A stretch of 64,000 bases of DNA, from the NCBI RefSeq assembly GCF_001194135.2, contig NC_068998.1:31215078-31279077 (forward strand), given 5' to 3'. The position numbers were made by a program, and so were the translations under genes. Every line of letters starts with the position of its first letter. Position 1 is the stretch's first letter. This document shows, piece by piece, positions 23,995 to 36,751 of the stretch. Under the pieces are notes generated by a model. The model ran no database searches and was not told the DNA's origin. It worked only from the letters and a program-made list of their open reading frames with translations. The stretch comes from Octopus bimaculoides. Taxonomy: Eukaryota.

Positions 23995-26900
23995 AGTTGT
24001 ATTTCAGGATGGTAATTTTTTTCCCTTTTTCCCAAATAGACACAGGCACTATCTATTCATTCTTCATTCATTTATTACTTCCTATGTTGTTTGTATCTGT
24101 GCCCTTTATATAGTTTCTTTTGTTTATCTAGTTATCTCTATTTCTTATATTTATCATAGGTATGCGCATATTTTTCTATTGTATGTGTATTGCACTGTAT
24201 TTTTTTGTTTTTTTCCCTTCTGTCTTTAGTTGTGTTGGATGGTGTGGTGGTGGTGGGTGTTATTGTTCCATTTGTGTTTTCTGTTGAGGCTCGATCTGTC
24301 TATTGCTATGTGTGTAGCTTCTGCAATTTGTGTCGTGTCAGTTCAATGCATTGATAATACTTTAACCTCTATGTTATTAACCAAGCTTCTATGTCCTGCT
24401 CGAGCATGTTGGAAGAACACTGATGAGCCTTTCTCCTCTTTGAGCTCCCACCAGTGTTTACCCATACACTCCTCTATGCTGCATGCTGTCTCTCCAATGT
24501 AAGTAGTTGTCTTGTTTCTGCACTGTCTTTCAGTACACCATAAGCTATATACTATATTCTTAACCTTGCAGTTAACCTGTGGGTTCATCCTACATACTAT
24601 ACAATTGTTCTCCATACATGGGGACCTATCGAAGGGATAAGTTCTACAGATAATGGATTTTATGGGGGTTCCAGGCCTTTCTACTACTTTATTCCATAGA
24701 TTAGCCTTGTCTAATGCTTTTCTAAAAAGGTATGCTAGTTCGCTGCCAGGGGTAGCATCAACAAACTTGATACTCTGGTATATTTTGTTGTCATACCATG
24801 AGTTGGCCTTATCTATCTTTTTTGTGGTGTTCCAGGGTTTACTCCTGTATAGCAGGCAGATCCCCTTTGCATCACTCTCAACTACATCAACAACAATGAC
24901 AACGGCAACAGCAACTATCGCAATGGTACCAGCATGGGCAACGTTTAAACACAGAGAGATACAGGAATGGTACCAAAAGTCAGGGTCAAGGGCAGCAGCA
25001 GTGGCAACAGGGGGACAGGAGTGAGGGGAGGATCATATTGCTACTAAGAATAACAGTGATAACAATGACAACAATATAAAGGGCGTATGCATAGACATGC
25101 ATACACACATGCATGTACACACACACACACAAATATAGATGTAAGCGCATGCACATATAAGGATACATATCATAGAAGAACAGAATGGACAAGGCGGGGC
25201 AGGAGCACACATGAGGACAGAAAGTGTTGCTGAAAAGGTCACAGATGTGTCGCAAAAGATATCGAGACAATGAACATGAGTTAAAATAAGAACAGTAATA
25301 AATGAGTGAAGAACGAATATATAGTGCATGTGTTTATTTGGCAAAAAAAAAAAAAAAATTACCATCCCAAAATAACTACAATATCTGTTTCAACACACAG
25401 TTTCACATCAGGAATCTTGCAACACAAATTCATAAATGTAATGTGAGCCTCAGCCAGGCTAGCAAGACGTTGAAAAACACTATATTTTGTTGTCTTAAAA
25501 AGATCATCACAACACAACTTCACTTCATAAAACTGTGTGTCTACTTCAGAATGTATACTAACACATTCACTAATAAGGTGGAAAGACTACAACAAACTAG
25601 AGGACAGGCTGAAAGACTAAAAAGAACACTAATGATAAACACTAAGAATAGAATTTATACAGATTAGAGACTAGAAAAACACTAATGTGTATTACTACGG
25701 GAAGTAAAATACATCACTACACCAACAGGGAGAACAACTTCACCAAGGAAGCATTTTTATCAGACGCAAATGCGATGAACACTTCAACAAAAAATTTACA
25801 TGGATGAAGTAATAAGCAACAATATAAAATCAAGCAAGAAGCAAAATGGAGGTACCTGGATAAGATTGATGGGATATAGATGGTAGACGCCCCACTAATG
25901 GCTGAATTTAGCAAGGGCAATGAAGTGAATATCTATGGAGATACAACAATTGACATGGAAGAACAGTCCATACTCCAACTACCACCAAAGTGCACCGTAT
26001 ACAGAAATATAATACATTCTCTCTCTGAAATAGTAAAAGCATTCACTGAAGTTCAGTGTAACCTGAACAAACATAACAACAACAACGACACAAATGGCCA
26101 CAACACAAACAACATCAACAGTAACAACAATAATAATACCTCCAAACACGTTGACAATAACAACAGTAATGGTAACTTCACAGATAGCCACTACAACACA
26201 AACAATGATGACAACAACAACAACAACCACCACCACCACCACCATGATGATGGCAACCTGAATGAACACACAAACACAAAAAGATACAAAACTACATCAA
26301 AGTGAGGGTCAAGGACAGCAGCAACAGTAACAGAGAGGGGAATGCAGGTGAGGGGAAGGTCTAGATACCAAAGATTGATGTCACTAGGAACAACTAACGG
26401 TAACAACAACAATAACAATAACAATGGTACTGTAGAGAAGAACGAACACAGAAAGACACAGACATGCCAAACTTAGGGGCCAGAACAGGTGCAGCAGCAG
26501 CACTGAAGAAAATGAAGATAGAGGGTGGATCAGCAGTATGGGAGACAATAACTATAAGAATAACAATAATAGTAGGGATGGTAACAACAACAAGAATAAC
26601 AATAATAGAGAGGATACTAACAACAACGAAAACAACTATGAAAACATGCAAACCAACACAAACATTTCTAACAACAACAATACACATAGAAACACCATCA
26701 CCACCTGCAACAACAACAGAGACAACCAAAGAGGTGGTCACCAGAGAAATGATAGGATAGAAAGTAGTATAACAGGTATAAACGACACTAACCCTTTTCA
26801 TACCCTATTCTGCAATCAATATGATATTCATATGATATGAGTCGTATTTATCTGACAACCCTACCCTTCAACAAAAAAGTTTGCATCTCTCAACAGAAAA

Positions 26901-29708
26901 ATGATGAAATAGAAGCACACTTCAACATAGCCAGTACTAAACTTAGATTTTAGAACAATACACTAGAAGACAGAGTAGATAAGAGGTACAGCAACTTGAT
27001 AAGATGTCCACAAGTGGCCTGTGCAAGCTCATACAGCGCACAAATATAGCCAACTCCACCAGAGTATTACAATAACAATAGACTACCCTAACAAGCACCC
27101 AGACTATTGGATACCGGTTTTAGACACGTGCTTTCCCACGGACAAATCCAGCAGAATGTCGATAGACAACCTCCTGAACTACATCCAGGTGATGCTACCC
27201 TACATCATCAGTATTAGGGAAACAACAGTATTTGAGTATGAAGAGAGAGAGAAGATCCTCAACACTCCTATGATGATGTGGTCAAACATCCTGGGGACAA
27301 AGAAGTGCATGACCAACAACTTAAAGGCCAGTAATTACATCTGCCTGGCACTGTTTGGGCTCTGCAAGGACCATTAGGCAACCACAGATCCAGTAACAGG
27401 ACCACCAATGTGACAGGTCTGCAGAGCCAATGTTGCCAACGACTACTGAATCTCCTGCTAGAAATATGTGGAGGTGATCAATGAGGGCGACATGGAGTTT
27501 CATAGTGTCGACACAGAAGAACTGGGCTTTCTCCTGAGACTGACATGTTACAAAGATTACTTAGATGAACATGACCATAGCTGTTTCTGCCCCACTGCAT
27601 CAGTAAAAGGTAAACCCCCTACTATAACCTCTATGGCCAAGAAAACCCCTAGAGAGAGATGGAATGGGTGGGCCAGACCTATACAGACACCCAAAAACAA
27701 TGATCGGTTTAAAAAGATCACACATGTGGTGGGTGCAAGTACCAAAATCACATTCAAGGCCACATATTTAAGTTTAATAACAAGATATCCATCCAAGAGG
27801 AAGGTGCAGTCATCAGTGTCAATATTGCTGGCAATGTAGCTAACCTATTTATGGTATGGTGGGATAGGAAACTCAAGGAGAAATTAACAGAAAACTCTAT
27901 GACCCTTATCATGTACTCCCAACAAGACAATCTTAATGATCTAGAAGCTAACGCTATGGAAAGCATTCAGTGAATAGCCAACTCCATCAGAGTACTAAAA
28001 TAACAATAGACTATCCTAACAAGCACCTAGACTATAGGATACCGGTTTTAGACACAAAACTCTGACTGGAAACCAAGAAAAATAAAGTCCAGATCTTTCA
28101 CTCCCATTATACCCATGGCCTCTAATAGTAGATTTGGTGAGAGACATGACGAATGTGTCCCACATATGCGACTGTATAGAATTGGAAAGACATGTACACC
28201 ACTTCATCTACTGCATGCAATTCTCTAGCTACAACCAAAGGGACAGGATTAGAGTGTACAAAGGAGCCACCGCTAAGTACAAGGCCATCATAGAGAGTGA
28301 TGCAAAGGGGATCTGCCCGCTATACAGGAGTAAATCATGGAACAGCACAAGAAAAACCAGAAAAAAGATAGTTATGGCCAACTCATGGTATGACAGCAAC
28401 AAATATCAGTGTCATGTTTGTTGATGCTATCCCTGGCAGTGAACTAGCATACTTTTTTTAGAAAAACATTAGATAAGGCCAATCTACAGATTAAAGAAGT
28501 AGAAAGATCTGGTGCTCCTATAAAATCCCTGATCTGTAGAACTTGTCCTTTTGATAGGTCTTCATGTAAAATGAACACACAGGTTAACTGTAAGGTTAGG
28601 AATATAGTATATAGCTTATGGTGTACTGAGGGACAGTGCAGAAACAAGACAACTACTTACATTGGAGAGATAGCATGCAGCATAGGCGAACACCGGTAGG
28701 TACTCTAAGAGGAGAAAGGCTCATCAGTGTTCTTCCAACATGCACAAGCAGAACATAGAGGCTTGGTTAATAACATAGAGGTTAAGGTATTATCAATGCA
28801 TAGAACTGACAGGACACTTAGACAGATTACAGAGGCTACACACATAGCAATAGACAGACTGAGCCTCAACAGAAAACACAAATGGAACAATAACATCCAT
28901 CACCACCATGCCAAGCAACACAACGACTAAAGACAGAGAAGGCTGAGAAAAAAACAAAAAAACATACAAACAGTGTAATACATACACAATAGAAAAATAT
29001 GCACATACCTATGATAAATATAAAAAATAGAGATAACTAGATAAACAAAAAAAAACTGTATAAAGGGCACAGATACAAACAACATAAGAAGCGAACCCAT
29101 ATACACACACACAAACAAACATACAGTAACTTCACAAACGGCCGCAACATCAACAATGTGACCAACAATGACAACAGCAACAATGGCAATAACAACAACT
29201 ACCACAATGGCAGTAACATGGGTGAACACACAGAGAGATATAGGAACAATACCAAAAGTCGGGGACAAGGGCAGCGGCAACGGGTGAGGGGAGGATCATA
29301 GTGCTACTAAGAACAATGACAATAATAATGGCAACAATATAAAGGGTGTAAGTCCATATATACACATATAGGCACACATGCATGCACACACACACTCAAA
29401 TACAGACCCAAATGTATGCGCATATAAGGATACACATCACAGAAGAACAGAATGGACTAAGCAAAGCAGGAACACACATGAGGATGGAAAGTGTCATTGA
29501 AGAGGTCACAGATGTATGATGAAAAATTTCCAGACAGTGGACATTAGCTAAAATAAGAATAGTAATAAATGAGTGAAGAACAAATATATAGTGTGTGTAT
29601 TTATTTAGCAAAAAATAAAAAGAATGTTAAAAATGACTATCCTGAAATATAGCAATATCTGTTTCAACACAGTTTCACATCAGGAATCTTGCAACACAGA
29701 TTCATAAA
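23995..29708 (+). mobile_element. Large degenerate Penelope-like (Neptune-type) element in the last COPB1 intron
   Basis: Direct pLTR-like repeats ~24875-25440 and ~29145-29708. Broken ORF ~25440-28930 includes the RT thumb (VRDMTNVS...HFIYCMQFSSY) and GIY-YIG with a Cys-rich linker (IVYSLWCTEGQCRNKTTTYIGE). Inverted copy of ~28294-29090 at ~24040-24872. Confidence 0.8.
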
Positions 29709-29717
29709 CATATACAT

Positions 29718-29887
29718 AGGCACAGACATGGCTGTGTGGTAAGAAGTTTGCTTCCTAACCACATAGTTCTGGGTTTAGCCCCACTGTGTGGCACCTTGGG
29801 CAAGTGTCTTCTACTATTTCCTTGGGCAGACCAAATCTTTGTGAGTAGATTTGGTAGATAGAAATTGAAAGAAGCCCATTGTGTGTG

Positions 29888-29923
<36 letters not shown>

Positions 29924-30050
29924 ACACACTCACACACATGTGCATCTTTGTCTTTGTCCTCCATCACCTCTTGGCAGCAAGTGTTGGTGTGTTTATGTCC
30001 CTGTAACTTGGTAGTCCAGTAAAGAGACCAATAAAATAAGTACCAGGCTT
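29718..30050 (+). mobile_element. tRNA-headed SINE
   Basis: GGCACAGACATGGCTGTGTGGTAAGAAGTTTGCTTCCTAACC...CACCTTGGGCAAGTGTCTTC...AAAATAAGTACCAGG. Related copies at ~45520-45665 (-) and ~47075-47190 (-). Confidence 0.75.
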
Positions 30051-30737
30051 TGTATAGGAGTTCCCACGTTTACAAATTCCCTAAGTATCATGTGAAGAGA
30101 TGATGTTCAGCAACTATTTGATGGTTTACTGTAACAAACATGTACTGAATTCATCCTTCACAATCTGTAATCTTTCTGAAGTAAGTTGTCAAGGACAAGC
30201 AAACTAAGTAAGCTCATTTGTTTCAATATGGTGAATTTTGTAACCAGGTAACATGAATAACACAAGGACATGCATGCAGTCTGCTGCTGACTTCATGTAC
30301 CACAATAGTGGTAAGATGATGATGACACTGCATTAACACTACCTGTTTGTTTGGAACTCCTCTTCCTCTTTGACTCATTATCACCTCTCATTTTAGTTGG
30401 AATGTGGCTTATGCATGTGGCAGTTCCCTTGTAGCTGATGTTTAAATTATGACTCAGAGCCTTGTACAGGTCAGCTGCAGAAGTAAGAAAGGAAGCAACA
30501 GTTCACTACTGAAGTCAGTGGAATGAAATTGATGGTCTTTTTTTTTTCTTTTTCCACTTCTTGTGACTCTTTTTATAACTTCAAGAAATGGAATGCCACT
30601 TGTTTAAGATATTTTAGATCTTTTGTTTGAATGCAGAACCAATGCTCTTAACCTTACTTAGATTATCACATTCCCTATATTGATCCATGTGATTCAACAT
30701 TACCATCAGTATTATTGCAGAATCTCTTTTCACTTTA

Positions 30738-30945
30738 AGGCGGCGAGCTGGCAGAAGCGCCGGGCGAAGTGCTTAGCGGTATTTCGTCTGTCTTTATGTT
30801 CTGAGTTCAAATTCCACTGAAGTCAGCTTTACTTTTCATCCTTTTGGGGTTGATGAATTAAGTACCAGTTGTGTACTGGGCTTGATCTAATCGACTGGCC
30901 CCGTTCCCAAAAGTTTCAGGCCTTGTGCCTAGAGTAGAAAAGAAT
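30738..30945 (+). mobile_element. tRNA-derived SINE, second family
   Basis: AAGGCGGCGAGCTGGCAGAA...GTTCTGAGTTCAAATTCC...AAGTACCAGTTG. An inverted partial head occurs at ~55292-55392. Confidence 0.8.
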
Positions 30946-31637
30946 CTTTTTTTCTCTTTGGAAATATTGGATTGCAGAAGTCTGTGTGACAAAAAAGGGC
31001 AATTACATTTTGATTGTGTGTCATCTTGTCTGCAAGATCTAACATCTTGAGATCTGACTTCATCACTTCTTCCAATGTATTTATTGCTTTTCCTCTGACA
31101 TATTTTATCTATTGCTACTATAAGCCCTTTCTTACACCCCAGCTGCCTCCCTTTTGATGTCACATGTCCATACTACTTATTTCCTCTTTGCCAGTATTTT
31201 AGATAATTTGTTGCCACCACTGCAAGTTAATAGAGTAAGCATATTAATAAATTAATATGCTTCAGTTCTCCATTGGGAAAATTGCATTGCTTCATGGCCT
31301 TAACTACTGGATGGACTAACCTACTAAGAGTGGAAGTGCAGTGGAAAATGTTTTGTTCTAGTTCAGTATTTTTGTTCATTTGGCAGTGATGTAAAACCAC
31401 TGAATGAGTTGGGTGGAGGGTTAATTTCACTTATTTCTTCATTAAAATTCATAGTAGATTTTTTCTTATTTGGTGCAAGAAACAAAAAAAAAGCTGCATG
31501 TAATAATGATAATGGTTGTGAAATTATAATTAATGTGAAATCGATGTTGTTGAGGAATTTTATAGACAGTACTAACAATGAATCATGATATCCCTTATTA
31601 TTTATGCCACACTGTATCTGTTTTCTTTCTTTTCCAG

Positions 31638-31715
31638 GGTATGGCATTGAGCATGGGTGACAAAATCAACCTTTCTCAGAAAAAGATCTTGAAAACTGGA
31701 CCTGGGACCAACTAA
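31638..31715 (+). CDS. COPB1: Coatomer subunit beta, terminal coding exon
   Basis: TTTCCAG|GGTATG; GMALSMGDKINLSQKKILKTGPGTN* (beta-COP C-terminus GMALSLGDKINLSQK). Confidence 0.96.
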   Translation, partial: GMALSMGDKINLSQKKILKTGPGTN

Positions 31716-31853
31716 ATCAGTTATTACAACCACAAAGACACATACATGCTCTCAGAGATACACTTAACCATATATGTAATTTCAGTTTCTGTATTTTATT
31801 CTTATTTTACAGAAAAGTACTTCAGTTGACCTGCTATAAACTAGCCATATATC

Positions 31854-31859
31854 AATAAA
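31854..31859 (+). terminator. Candidate polyadenylation signal of COPB1
   Basis: AATAAA ~140 nt after the stop codon, followed by T-rich sequence. Confidence 0.45.
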
Positions 31860-31987
31860 TATATCAAACAAAGATTTTTGGCTTTTGTTTACACAATCAC
31901 AGATGTGTCTCAGACAGATGTGACACCTACAAACAAATAAGGGTCCTAAATAGTTAGTTAGTCATCATGGGCATTCTTCTTCTTATC

Positions 31988-32025
<38 letters not shown>

Positions 32026-32109
32026 TTCAGATTTTGGTGCAAGGCCAGCAATTTTGGGGCAGTGTTAAGGTGATTACATCAACTTTAGTGCTCAAGTTTA
32101 TCAACTTTT

Positions 32110-34410
32110 GGTACTGAGGGGTTTCAACCATGTTTCATGGTCTGCTACCACAACAGCTCCTTTATAGGATCCAGTTAGCTCAAGACATCATCAGGAGGAA
32201 CCACGTCCGGTTTCGGCCCTACTCCTCTACCATTTTGACGTGATGCCCCCCCCCCTCCCCACACTTTCGGAGGTGTCTTCAGCTCTGGTGTTGAGTGCAT
32301 GTCTTATTTCTCTTTCTTTCTTCTGTTCCCTGGCCTCTTCGATGCAGTGTCAACGAGTGTTAGTGGACGGCTGACTGTTTTGTCAAATTTCCTTTTAAAT
32401 ACCTGCTGGTAGGCTCCAGCAGGCAGCCCCAGCAAATTGTCACGTAACACTGTCTAAACTTTAACTGAGCAATGGAGGGCCACACATTCTCTAAGCGAGA
32501 CCGTCACCTGTCAACCAGCAAAGCTATTTCAGTGTCAGCCTGTCTCACCTAGTGATGTTATTTTCCTGCCAGCATGTTATGACTTTCAAGCCTTTGTTGG
32601 TCTTCCCGCTTCAGCCATATATAGAAGCTGGCTTTTTCGACCGCCTCCTGTATTCTCCTTATTAGTTTTCTCAGTTCAGAGCTTGAAAATGCAAATCTTC
32701 TTTTGAATAGCGCTGTCATTTTTCTTTCAATGAAGCCCCTAGCCCCCACTGCCAGATGGTAGTACTCGACAGTCCATCCCTGTTCTCTGCACTCTTCGAT
32801 TAGTTTTTCATATCTCTTCTCCTTTCGTTTCTCTGCATTGTCGATGTTCTCTTCTCATGGCACTGTCAGTTCTAGCAAAATTCCTATTCTCCGTTCTCTG
32901 CCCTGTAGGACTAAGTCTGGTCTTTTTGTTGTTTTTATGAGTGGAAATATTACTAGTCTTTCCAAATCTGTGGCCAGCTCCCAGTATCCCTTCCATTTTT
33001 AGTCTATCTCGTATATTTTATTTGGAGGCCTGGTCTTATGTCCTTTTCCCTCCTTCTGGAAGTATATTTTCCTGCACTTTTCCACTTTTGGGTACTCTAC
33101 CCTATTGTATCCCTCAATCTTCTCCTTGAGTGCTGCGCTTATGACGCCGAGGACTTGGTTATGACGCCATGTATACCTTTCTAGTGCTAGTCTGCAGCTT
33201 GACAGAACATGTCTCAGCGTCGCTTTCTCTCCGCATCTACATTCATCAGTTGGTTTTATGTTCCACCGGACTAAGTTTGCTGGTGAGGGTAAAACGTCAA
33301 AGGTAGACTTGATCAGGAAGGATGTTCCTGCTTGTTCCCAAGCCCAAAGTTCCTTCCATGAGATTCTGCGACTGACCACGTTTTCCTCCCATCTCAGGCA
33401 CTGTCCCTGTTGACTACATTGCACCAAATGTACATTCTGCCTTTCTTCTTCCTCCTTTCTCACTTCGTGTACCACTGCCTCTTTCATCTCTTTTATACTG
33501 CTCTTGCAAAATGGCCTGAAATTGTGCGACCCCAGGCTGGCTCTTGCTTCTTGCGTTGCTCCGACTATTTCAGCGTGCCTTAATTTTCCGATCACCCTGT
33601 TTACTGCCTCTTCTGCATTCCATTTCCTCTCTGTTCATACCTTTGGAGGGTTTTCTCAGATGCTCTGATCTTTTGAATACCTTAGCATCATTACTGTCCT
33701 TGCCTTTTCTTCGGCGATTGATGTTATTGGTAGTTGCAGCACAGGTTCCCCATATAGTGCAGTTGTATTCAGTGATTTCGGCAGACCAGGCCATTTTCTG
33801 ATAACCACACTCCATCCTTTCTAATCTACTCGCGGCTATTTCGTACATTTGCAATGGCCACATTATCCTTGGGTACAGCCCAAATTGCAATATCCAACAT
33901 TTGAATTTTCCCGGCAGTGTTCTGTCAATTGCCTTTAATCCTTGTTCTACTAACTTGTGTATTTCTTTCCCTTGCTTCTTATCATTTAATAAGTCTCTAT
34001 ACCATCTGCCGAGACTCTTTACTGGTTGTTCTTTCACTGTTGGTATGTCTTCACCTCCTATCCTGAATTTCACTTCTTCTTGCACTCCTTTCACGAAAGC
34101 CATGCTTCGCAATTTTTTGGCTTTGAATTTCATTCTTGCCCATCCTATCAGTTCGTCGAACCGCTCTAACTTTCCCTCTGCTGCTTCTCTACTTTCCGAT
34201 AGCACAGTAACATCGTCCATAAAAGCCCTTAATGGTGTCTTTGTAGCAGCTTTCTCACAGTTTGTAGATCTAAGTAACATTTCCATGACTAGCACAAATA
34301 AAATGACTGATATTGTGCATCCGGCTGCAATACCTACTTCAAGCCATTTCCACTCTGTTGTGAACTTTCCTGCTGTAAATCTCATCCTCAAGTTGTAGTA
34401 GGACATGAGC
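32110..34410 (-). mobile_element. HERO/NeSL-type non-LTR retrotransposon with restriction-like endonuclease, 5'-truncated
   Basis: RT GIAAGCTISVILF and LRAFMDDVT; CCHC/RHN motif CRCGEKATLRHVLSSC...YTWRHNQVL; RLE C-terminus ECREQGWTVEYYHLAVGARGF. Confidence 0.85.
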
Positions 34411-35893
34411 ATTCATGTACAAAACCTATGGCCTCCAAATACCTGATCCACCAGAACTCGGCTATTGCGGACAATGCCAAATTCAATATATTGATGGCAG
34501 ACCTCGTCAGAGTAATGCGAAATGTCTCCTGCATGTGCAACCCTACAGAATTAAAGCGACATATACAACATTTCGTTCACCGCATGCAATTCTCAGGTTA
34601 CAGCCGTAAAGAAAGGATCAGGGTATACAAAGGAGCTATGAAGAAGTTTGAAACAATCAAACGCAACGATAGGAATGGGATTTGCCCACTCTATAGGAGC
34701 AAGTCATGGAACACCATTGAAAGAATTAAGAAGAAAATAGGGAAGGCCAGCTCATGGTATGATAGCCACAAATACAAGAGCGTTATGTTCGTCGACATCA
34801 CCCCTAGAGGCGAACTGGCGTACCGCTTTAGAAGGGCCCTAGACAAACTTAAGCTAAGTATTAAGGTTGTTGAAAGGCCAGGCAACCCTATCAAATCCCT
34901 TATCATTAGAACATACCCTTTTAGTAGAACCCCCGCACTGATAGGAACTGTACCGTATGTAGATTTAGCCCACAAACGAACTGTAAAACCAGAAATGTGG
35001 TCTATAGTATAAGATGTACAGAGGGACGATGCAGTAACAAGACAACGACATATGTAGGCGAAACAGCAAGGAGCATAGGGGAGCGGGCAAATGAACATTG
35101 GAGGGAACTTAAGGAAGGGAAGAGCTCATCAGTTCTGTACCAGCACGCTGAGCAAGAACATGGAGGCTCACTCAATAACATAGAAATGAAAATCTTATCC
35201 ACACATAGCAGAGACGCAGCACTTAAAACAAATTACAGAAGCTACACACATAATAGAAGATAAACCTAGCCTGAATAGGAAACTAGAATGGAACACTAAC
35301 ACACACCCCTAACAAACCACAAACCACAACATATGACAATACGTTCCCCATAAACCAATAAGAATATGAACAAAATATAATACAATACATAGATAAACAA
35401 ATGGAATTAAATACTACATACGTTAACAAAATTTAATTAAATACAAAAAAGAAGTAGATATAAACACATGAACAAATAAATAAATAAAAACAAAAACTAA
35501 CGAACATGTATTAACAGAGGATATAGATAATACAGGCACTCCCCATACATACACATGCACTTACAAAAACATAGACACATTGAAGGATACACATGTGTAG
35601 ACACATACAATAGGAATACAAAATACAAAATGGCTGATAGTTAGCAAGGTGAGACACACATAAGAAAGAAGAAAGCAAAGGACCACTGATGAGGTCACAG
35701 AAGTGTGACGAAAGAACTCTGGCCGAAATAGGATTAATGTAATATAAAGTAATATAAAGCTGAAGCAAATTAACACCAAATATACAGTGCGTGTGTTTTT
35801 ATTGGCTAAACTGGCAATATGACCATCCCCAAGTACAACAACATCTGTTTCAACACACGATTTCACATAAAAAATCTTGCAAAACAAATATGT
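34411..35893 (+). mobile_element. Penelope-like (Neptune-type) 3' copy, same family as 23995-29708 but better preserved
   Basis: ORF 34428-35012 (MASKYLIHQNSA...LVRVMRN...HRMQFSGY) and ORF 34997-35263 (VYSIRCTEGRC...YVGETARSIGERANEH). The pLTR end at 35840-35893 matches 25380-25430. Confidence 0.85.
35681..35724 (+). ncRNA. Minimal hammerhead ribozyme motif in Penelope pLTR
   Basis: GACCA-CTGATGA-G-GTCACA-GAAG-TGTGAC-GAAAG-AA-CTC-TGGCC. Intact core boxes and a perfect 6-bp stem II. Confidence 0.65.
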
Positions 35894-35956
35894 NNNNNNN
35901 NNNNNNNNNNNNNNNNNNNNNNNNNNNNNNNNNNNNNNNNNNNNNNNNNNNNNNNN

Positions 35957-36100
35957 ATAAGCAACACGGATTTTAAAGATGATTGCAGTATGCACGTTTC
36001 ATGCTACTCCATTTATCTAAGTAATGCTCGCATTACTTAAATAAATGGAGTAGCATGAAATGTGCATACTGCAATCATCTTTAAAATCCATGCTGCTTAT
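35957..36100. repeat. Long near-perfect palindrome (71-bp arms, 2-nt loop)
   Basis: ...CTAAGTAATGC-TC-GCATTACTTAA...; arms 35957-36027 and 36030-36100. Confidence 0.9.
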
Positions 36101-36104
36101 TTTG

Positions 36105-36139
<35 letters not shown>

Positions 36140-36179
36140 TGGTTGTCTACTCCTTACACAGAGTTTGACCACCTCCTGC

Positions 36180-36751
36180 ACCTACACCTTAGCCCTTTCA
36201 TGGCATCTGATGTGACTTTTTAAACCAATGTTTTGAAAAAACACCCACACATATTGCACCTCTGATTTGTACTACCAATACCTGCAGGTAAGTTCTGCTC
36301 ATTGTTGATCCTAACATGTGTTTTAAGACCCCCATTGGATTTGCAAGCCCTCTGGCACACACCACATTCAAACGTGTGCACAGACATATAATCAGAATAG
36401 CTGGTTGAGGTTTGTTTTNNNNNNNNNNTCAAACGTGTGCACAGACATATAATCAGAATAGCTGGTTGAGGTTTGTTTTCCATAGGTTCGCAGGTGAGAT
36501 TTGAGGCCAGCCAAAGACAGACATGCACACAAAAAGGTCCTTGTCATTCACCTTATCAATCTTTACATTTTTCCTCAAACATCTCTTGAGTCCCGCTTGC
36601 ATTATCCTGGCCTCTTCAAACGCTTTCACTCCACTCCACACCCCCGTTCGCCATCCAACTTGATCTGAAGCGAGGGCTTCTGTATCCTTTGAGACCATTC
36701 TAATTGACTTCATAGCAGTCCTTATGCCATCCTTAAACCGTTTTTTAGGTT
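36180..36751 (-). mobile_element. RTE/BovB-like LINE 3' end with C2H2 zinc-finger-like tail
   Basis: PKKRFKDGIRTAMK...WRTGVWSGVKAFE and FECGVCQRACKSNGGLKTHVR. Confidence 0.7.

Noticed and set aside
25880-26840. Asn/His/Thr-rich ORFs as a novel host gene
   Set aside because: They lie within the degenerate Penelope ORF between its pLTRs and are low-complexity (AAC)n-derived.
30050-31620. Possible DNA-transposon coding remnants in the distal COPB1 intron
   Set aside because: No recognisable catalytic motif, TIR or TSD.
36368-36479. Exact 51-bp direct repeat (36368-36418 and 36429-36479)
   Set aside because: It flanks a 10-N gap exactly, typical of an unmerged contig overlap rather than biology.
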